A DNA stretch of 63,234 nucleotides, counting the filler, from Chrysochromulina tobinii (Eukaryota): assembly GCA_001275005.1 (NCBI GenBank). It is 6 parts of 6 records of this genome, joined end to end, with 100 filler letters (N's around TTAATTAATTAA, not from the genome) between each part and the next. Parts side by side here need not be neighbours in the genome. Positions count along the whole stretch, not along the records: positions 56,223 to 58,854 come from JWZX01001423.1; positions 58,955 to 63,234 come from JWZX01001425.1; 4 more parts are not named here. One strand, given 5' to 3'. Every line of letters starts with the position of its first letter. Position 1 is the stretch's first letter. Shown here in pieces: positions 56,223 to 63,234 of this stretch. The notes beneath the pieces were generated by a model. The model was not told the DNA's origin. It was given only the letters and a program-made list of their open reading frames with translations, and made no database searches. The position numbers and the translations under genes were made by a program.

Positions 56223-58854
56223 ACTGCACCTACGGCTCCGACTGCGCGGACTGCGGCCCGCGCGTGCCGCGGCCGCCGCCCCCGGCTGCTCTCTGTGGCG
56301 AGACGTGCGTGTACGCCTCCGACGCCGACTGCGACGACGGCGGCCCCGGCTCCGAGTTCCCGCTCTGCGCCTACGGCTCCGACTGCACGGATTGCGGCCC
56401 GCGCTTCCCGCCGCCGCCGCCTCTGGTCCTCTGCGGCGAGACGTGCGTTTGGGCCTCCGACGCTGATTGTGACGACGGCGGCCCCGGCTCCGAGTTCCAG
56501 AGCTGCGCCCTCGGCACCGACTGCACGGACTGCGGCCCGCGTCCGGTGCTTTTCCCGCCACCACCGCCGCCGCCGGCCTACGTGATCCCTCCCCCATCGC
56601 CGCCGCCTGGGCTGTGCACGAACACGTGCATCTACACGTCCGACGACGAGTGCGACGACGGCGGCGTTGGCTCCGAGTTCCCGATCTGCGACTACGGGAC
56701 CGACTGCGCGGACTGCGGCCCGCGCACGCGGTCGCCGCCGCCGTTCCCGCCGGCCCCGCCGGCCTCGCCGCCCAAGCAGCCTGGCCTCTGCACGAACACG
56801 TGCGTCTACGCCTCCGACCAGGATTGCGACGACGGCGGCCCGGGCTCCGAGTTCCCGCTGTGCACTTACGGCACCGACTGCACGGACTGCGGCTTCCGCA
56901 TCGCGTCGCCGCCGCCGCCGCCGCATCACCCCGGCTTCGTGTGCATGAACAACTGCCTCACCGCGGGCGGCGGCACGTGCAGCGACGGCGGCCCCGGCTC
57001 CGAGTTCGCCACGTGCCCCTACGGCTCCGACTGCATCGACTGCGGCCCGCGCGTCTCGATGCCATCGCCGCCGCCGCGCACGCCGCCCCCGCCCCCTTCC
57101 CCCCCGTCGACCCCGTCGCCGCCTTCCGCTCCGCCATCGCCGCCCATGATTCCTGGCCTCTGCGGCGAGACGTGCAACTGGGCCTCCGACGGCGATTGTG
57201 ACGACGGCGGCCCCGGCTCCGAGTTCCTGAGCTGCGCCTACGGCACCGACTGCACGGACTGCGGCCCGCGCGTGCGGAGGCCACCGCCGCCTCCGAGGGC
57301 GCCGCCGCCGCCGACGCCGTTTGGCAGCCCCCCTCGGGCCCCGGGCATCTGCTTCGAGACGTGCGTGTATGCCTCGGACGCCGACTGCGACGACGGCGGC
57401 CCCGGCTCCGAGTTCCCGCTTTGCGCCTACGGCACCGACTGCACGGACTGCGGCAACCGCCCGCACCGCCCGCCGCCGCCGCCCTCGCCGCCGACTGCGC
57501 CGCCCAAAGCGCCGGGCGTCTGCTCGGAGACGTGCGTGTACACCTCCGACAACGAGTGCGACGACGGCGGCCCGGGCGCCGAGTTCCCGGTGTGCCTGTA
57601 CGGCACGGACTGCATCGACTGCGGCCCGCGCGTCGCTCCGCCGCCCTTGCCCCCACACTTCCCTGGCTTCATCCTGCTTCAACAACTGCCTCAACGCGGG
57701 CGGTGGCGCGTGCAGCGACGGCGGCCCCGGCTCCGAGTTCGCAACGTGCCCCTACGGCTCTGATTGCGCGGACTGCGGCCCGCGCGTCTCGATGCCATCG
57801 CCGCCGCCCAAGACGCCCCCTCCGCCCTCGCCCTTGCCGTTCCCTCCAGGATCCGCCCCTCCGCCGACCCCGGTGATGTGTTCCAACACATGCCCCGGCT
57901 ACCCAGATTGGGTCTCGGATGGCGATTGCGACGACGGCGGCCCCGGCGCCGAGTTTGGGGACTGCCTATACGGCACCGACTGCACGGACTGCGGCCCGCG
58001 CGTGTCGGTGCCGCCGTTCCAACCTGCCGCCCCGCCGCCTTCGCCGCCGCACCACCCCGGCTGGGTCTGCTTGAACACGTGCGACTACGCTGGTGGCGGC
58101 TCGTGCAGCGACGGCGGCCCCGGCTCCGAGTTCGACATTTGCCCTTTCGGCACCGACTGCGTCGACTGCGGCCCTCGCCTCGGGCGGCCGCCGCCGCCGC
58201 CTCTGGTCCTGTGCGGCGAGACGTGCGTCTGGGCTTCCGACACCGACTGCGACGACGGCGGCCCCGGCTCTGAGTTCCAGAGCTGCGCCCTCGGCACCGA
58301 TTGCACGGACTGCGGCCCGCGGCAGCCGATCAGGCCGCCGCCGCCGCCGCCGCACGTCCCCGGCGCTCTCTGCGGCGAGTCGTGCCTCTACACCTCCGAC
58401 GCCCTCTGCGACGACGGCGGCCCCGGCTCCGAGTTTGGGGACTGCCTATACGGCTCCGACTGCGCGGACTGCGGCCCGCGCGTGCCGCGGCCGCCGCCCC
58501 CGGCTGCTCTCTGTGGCGAGACGTGCGTCTACGCCTCCGACGCCGACTGCGACGACGGCGGCCCCGGCGCCGAGTTCCCGCTCTGCGCCTACGGCTCCGA
58601 CTGCACGGACTGCGGCCCGCGCGGTCCGGCGCCGCCGCCGGCGCCTGCACCTCTCTGCACCAATACATGCATCGGAATGCCCGGTTACGCCTCGGATGGC
58701 TTCTGCGACGACGGCGGCCCCGGCGCGGAGTATCCGGATTGCCAGTACGGCACCGACTGCGCGGACTGCGGTCCGCGCGTTCCGCCTCCTCCGCCTATCT
58801 GCACGAACACGTGCATCGGGTTCCCCACGTACGCCTCGGACGGCTTCTGCGACG
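56223..58854 (+). CDS. Partial extracellular Cys-rich repeat protein (C-x3-C..CDDGGPGSEF..C..G(S/T)DC.DCGPR with polyproline linkers); frameshift near 57673
   Basis: 15 complete and 2 partial six-Cys repeats; open at both contig ends. Confidence 0.85.
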
Positions 58855-58954
58855 NNNNNNNNNNNNNNNNNNNNNNNNNNNNNNNNNNNNNNNNNNNNTT
58901 AATTAATTAANNNNNNNNNNNNNNNNNNNNNNNNNNNNNNNNNNNNNNNNNNNN

Positions 58955-59560
58955 GTTTCCGAGTTTCCGAGGCCCCTCCGTGGGTCCGCAGAGGGACCCC
59001 AACATCCAGATTCCATGTTTCCAAGTGTGCAGATTCCAGGATACTCCTCTGCAATTTCCAGATTCCGAGTTTCCGAGTTTCCAAGGCCCCTCTGTGGGTC
59101 CGCGCAAGGACCATGCTTTCCAGATTCCTAAATTATTCCTACATTCCAGGTGTACAGATTCCTGGATACTCCTCCGCAAATTCCAGATTCCAAGGTTCCG
59201 AATGTGCAGATTCCAGGATACTGTCTGCAAATTCCAGATTCCGAGTTTCCGAGTTTCCGAGGCCCCCTCTTGGGTCCGGTCTGGAGGTTTCGAGGTACTC
59301 ACCCAAATTCCAGATTCCGAGTTTCCGAGTTTCCGAGGAGCACCCCACTTGGGTCCTCGCCCAAGGGACCCCCAAATTCCAGATTCCGAGTTTCCGAGTT
59401 TCCGAGGCCCCCTCTTCGGTCCAAGGCAGATGGAATCCCAAATTCCAAATTCCGAGTTTCCGAGTTTCCGAGTGATCCGAGGACCCCTCTTGGGTCGCAC
59501 CTCGCAGGACGCAGCAACGAGCAAGAGGGACCCACAAATTCCCAGATCAAGTTTCCGAGT
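58955..59560. repeat. Degenerate satellite built from TTCCAGA/TTCCGAG(T) units
   Basis: AATTCCAGATTCCGAGTTTCCGAGTTTCC recurs at least 5 times. Confidence 0.9.
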
Positions 59561-61104
59561 GTAATGCCTAGTGCTCACCAACGTAGGGAGCACAGATTCC
59601 AGAATACAGAGCGCAGTTTCTATTTCCGCTCTCCTGTACTGTCGTGTAGCCTCCAGTCCGACGGCCTCCGGCTCCGCTCGCGCGCGCGCTCCCCGCCTCA
59701 CTTGGCCGGATGCCGAGAACCAAATCCCGAGATAATTCAAGAGAGAGAGAATGTGCTGTCGCTGGTTCGCGACGCCGACGGTCACGATGCTTGCGCTCGC
59801 CTCGATTTAGTTCTCGCGAGCCTCTGTGGAAGCACCAGAGATCCTTATAAGGTATTCTTTCCCGGTGTGCATGCGAGGAATTGCCGAGGCCCCCTGGGGG
59901 CTCGACAATTTCTCGAGATCGCCCACTGACGCGCGCTGACCGGCGCGCGGACTAGCATCTCACCCGCCGCTCCAGACAGCCACGGTGCACGGTTCTCGCA
60001 TGCGCGAGAACCCCCAGTTCCCAGGAACACTTTAGAGCCCCCAACATCACGCTATATATCATTTATCATATTAATTTTATAATAAATCTGGGTAATCTCC
60101 TCGAAAACAAAGTACTTCCTTATTAAATAAGGCTGCGAAACGGCGTTCGGTCAGTTCGGTCAGCGTTCGGTCAGCGTTCGGTCAGGAGCATTACAGGAGC
60201 ATCAGGGCGGTCCGGCGACTTCTGTGCGTCCTGGACATTCCCGGCTGCCGCCGAACTGCCGCCGGTGGTGAGTGAATTACTGTACAGATTAAATATCCGA
60301 GATTTACTATGAATTAATGACTACTAATGACTCTGACGAACCCTGACGAAACCCGTCGCGCACTATGACGCTGAATCATAAGTCTGACACTGGCAGACGC
60401 ACCTGACACTCCAGAGTGCGGGAAACATACTGGTCCATATGCAATCACGCGGTTTCGTCCGAGATGCGGCCGAGGTCGGTCGGGTTATGGGGGTCGTTTC
60501 GTCGGTCGACGTTTCGTCGTTAAGGGGGTGTCGTTTTTGGATTTGACACTGAAACGTCCACTGGTCGTCCATATCGACGAACCTCGACCTCGACTCGTGA
60601 GCTCGACCTCGCCGTTTCGGACCGACGAGCCGCGCCCGCGGTCGTGCTTCGGGTGTGAATTTTGTCGGCGTTTCACACTGCAGTATGGCATCTTGCAGCA
60701 TTTATGGCGATACATCGCGCCGTGTTGGGCACTACTCAAATCGCCATCCAGGGTGCATAATCCCATCACAAGGGTCCCATCACTCATAGGATCAATGTCC
60801 GAAAGTTCGAAACTCTCTTGCCCACGGGCATCTGCATAATACATCGGAAACCAAGGCCATCTCTGTCATTTGAGATTTTCCCATCACGACACTCGCGACA
60901 ACCGGTGCTGCGCGCACAGAACTGCACCTGTCCAATTCCTACTGTAGGAGTCGCCGAAATAATTTCGTCACAACGACTGGCAGCAAGAAATCTCCGAATG
61001 ATATAAAGCGCCGCCAGTATTTTTAGCTTTTACTGAGCGCTTTCGCCACGATTTTGCAAGTAGTGCAGCAAACTGCGTCGTGCGCGAGCGAGTCGTTAGC
61101 GCCC

Positions 61105-62706
61105 ATGCTGATCGGGCGGTCGGGGATCCTCAGAGAACCAACGATTGAGGAGGCCTCGGTGCGGCCGGGCGCGCTCATGACCAGCGTTGTTGCCGCGCAC
61201 GCGGTGCGTCGCAAGGGGGAGGACGGCCTGCGCGTCGAGCGCCGCCTAATTGGTGGAGAGGTCGTGCTCTGCGCAGTCGTCGTGGACGGGCATGCAGGCC
61301 ATCAAGCTGCCTTGTTCGTCGTTGACCACATCATCGAGTTCATCTGCGAGGAGAGCCATGACGATGCGAGCGGTAGCGCGGTCTCGCAGGCCCTGGAGCG
61401 CGCCTTCCTACGGCTGAGCGCGTTGGTGTGCGAGGACAGTCTGCACACATCGGGCACTACGGCGACCGTTTGCCTCATCAACGAGACGCGCGGTGAGCTG
61501 ACGACGGGGCACGTGGGCACCTCGGCCGCTTTTCTCTTGCCCGCCAGTCCCGCCGCGGAAACGTTGCCCTCGGTTCCCCTCACCCAGGAGCACCGCCTCG
61601 CCGAAAGCAAGGCCGAGCGTACACGCGTCCTGGCGTTGGGCGCCAAGCTCGGGCATGCCATCAAAGACGGGCAGCCGACCGGGCCGCTGCGCGCCTTCCC
61701 ATGCGGAGTGACCTGCGCGCGCGCGCTCGGCGACCGCGATTGCGCGCCGTTCGTGAGCCCCATGCCGGACATGACCGTCATGCCTTTCCCAGAGGGGGAT
61801 GCGTACGTGCTGATCGCGAGTGCAGGGGTGTGGGACGCCATCTCGCGTGAAACGGTCTTCAAGACGGTTCTCAAGGCAAGGGACGCGCGCGAGGCCGCAG
61901 AAGCGATCGTCTCCAAGGCGCTGCGCGCGAAAGGGTCACGCGATATCACGTGCTTGTGCATCCTCGTCGGTAGGAACCGTCCGGAACTGGACGCGGTGGC
62001 GGAAGAACAGGGAGAAGCACAGGGCTTCTCGCACTCACCGGCTGGCGCTAGATCTTGGCGTCGGCCTCTTGCGCAGCGCCCAGGGCATCATCTGCGACAC
62101 GATCATCGCGGCGCAGCGCCATCTTCGCCCGACATGATCGCAGAGGCGCTGCGCCGCGCCTTCGAGGGTGGAACGGCTGGCTCCTTATCTGAGAGCTCCG
62201 ATTCCTGCTCCGCCGCCTCCTCTTCGTCCTCCGCCTCCTCTCCCTCTGTCTCGTTTTCCTCCGCCGTCGCCTCGCCACGAAGGGCCTCTTGTGACTCACC
62301 CACGTCCGAAACCTCCGCCTCGGCTGGCACAGCTCTCGCGCTGCTCAAGCCCGCCGCGCTGCTCACCATCGCGGACAAGCAGCCGATGATGCCAACCAGC
62401 TCGTCGACCCCGATGGCGAGCGCATCCGACGCATCCGACGCGGGGATCAGGTGCCTCTCTGCGGAAGCTTCGCAGTCGTCCAACCCTAACCCTGACCCTC
62501 CACCACCAAGCCCATGTCCACCGTCGCCATCCCCACCTTTTCGACTACCACAACTACCGCCTGTTCAGCCACCGCCGATATCGCCCCCTCCACACCCCCA
62601 CCGGAGCCGCTATTCGATGTTCCGTATGGCGTGGAATCACCCCCTATGGAAGCACCCACCCCCTCCGCCGCCGCCCTCACCTCCATCACCATCGCCGAGG
62701 ACCTGA
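61105..62706 (+). CDS. PP2C/PPM-family protein with degenerate metal-binding motifs (probable pseudophosphatase)
   Basis: KGED, VVDGHAG, SGTTA and RALGD present; HVGTS replaces NxGDS and IASAGVWD replaces LASDGLWD. Confidence 0.8.
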   Translation: MLIGRSGILREPTIEEASVRPGALMTSVVAAHAVRRKGEDGLRVERRLIGGEVVLCAVVVDGHAGHQAALFVVDHIIEFICEESHDDASGSAVSQALERAFLRLSALVCEDSLHTSGTTATVCLINETRGELTTGHVGTSAAFLLPASPAAETLPSVPLTQEHRLAESKAERTRVLALGAKLGHAIKDGQPTGPLRAFPCGVTCARALGDRDCAPFVSPMPDMTVMPFPEGDAYVLIASAGVWDAISRETVFKTVLKARDAREAAEAIVSKALRAKGSRDITCLCILVGRNRPELDAVAEEQGEAQGFSHSPAGARSWRRPLAQRPGHHLRHDHRGAAPSSPDMIAEALRRAFEGGTAGSLSESSDSCSAASSSSSASSPSVSFSSAVASPRRASCDSPTSETSASAGTALALLKPAALLTIADKQPMMPTSSSTPMASASDASDAGIRCLSAEASQSSNPNPDPPPPSPCPPSPSPPFRLPQLPPVQPPPISPPPHPHRSRYSMFRMAWNHPLWKHPPPPPPPSPPSPSPRT

Positions 62707-63234
62707 TCAGGACCTGATATTTTGAGCCTCCTCGCGGCGTCCGGCGCCGGAACGGCCTCGAGCAATGCCAGACAGATACGATGGCATGCAGATAAATTGC
62801 CATTCAATGCCATACAATGCCATACAATGCCATACAATGCCATAATAAATACAATTCCAGACAGAGATACAATGATATGTATCAGATACAATGTTGTGGC
62901 TGTGGGGGAGGTTGGTGACGAGAGGCTCGGTATTTTGGGTGGGCTGGGCTAGGGCCGCTTGGTAGTAGCTAGTTCCCGCTCCGGGGTATGCGGATCAGGC
63001 CGGCACACACGGCCGGTACAGCGCCACCCCGGTTTGTTGTCGGTAAGAAAAGACGTCGCTCGAAATGGGCGATGCGCGGGTCGGGTTTATCGGCGCTCCG
63101 CGCGGGCCCGCCAGGGACCCCACACCCTCCGGTCCGATGAAGGGACAGTGCAGGAGCGTAAACAGAAACTGCTGTCTCGGAATTTGGAATCTGTATTTTG
63201 TCTTTCAATTTCCAAATTGCAGGGCGAGGCGCGT

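Noticed and set aside
58907..59929. Several 130-290 aa ORFs over the TTCCGAG satellite
   Set aside because: Repeat-derived and open in multiple frames on both strands.
62482..62499. AACCCTAACCCTGACCCT telomere-like motif
   Set aside because: Only about 3 degenerate units inside a Pro-rich ORF; not a telomere.

Overview
GC-rich eukaryotic nuclear DNA, most likely a haptophyte alga (Chrysochromulina-like; this is an inference from short repeat-filled spliceosomal introns and CDDGGPG Cys/Pro-rich repeat proteins). The window is six contigs joined by artificial N44-TTAATTAATTAA-N44 spacers (1-26495, 26596-30122, 30223-52206, 52307-56122, 56223-58854, 58955-63234), so adjacency across spacers means nothing. 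Contigs 1 and 3 carry ordinary host genes: a cNMP-GRAM-cNMP-RGS-AGC kinase fusion, a protein with 8 beta-grasp-like repeats, an ABCC transporter, COX20, an EF-hand/Tudor protein, SERCA, a Cdc15/MAP3K-epsilon-like kinase, a mitochondrial carrier, a 2OG-Fe(II) oxygenase, a calpain-domain-III repeat protein, UDP-glucuronate 4-epimerase, a lipase, ETF-beta and NAPRT. Main candidate for an undescribed system: contigs 2 and 4 are each nearly entirely one diverged copy of the same intronless head-to-head module, an HNH-like Zn-nuclease gene and a double-Zn-finger/coiled-coil gene, separated by a dense GATCC array with inverted GTGTGTGTC motifs. Second highlight: five introns contain duplicated copies of their own splice-junction sequence plus strand-polarised short repeats, suggesting intron birth by junction duplication.
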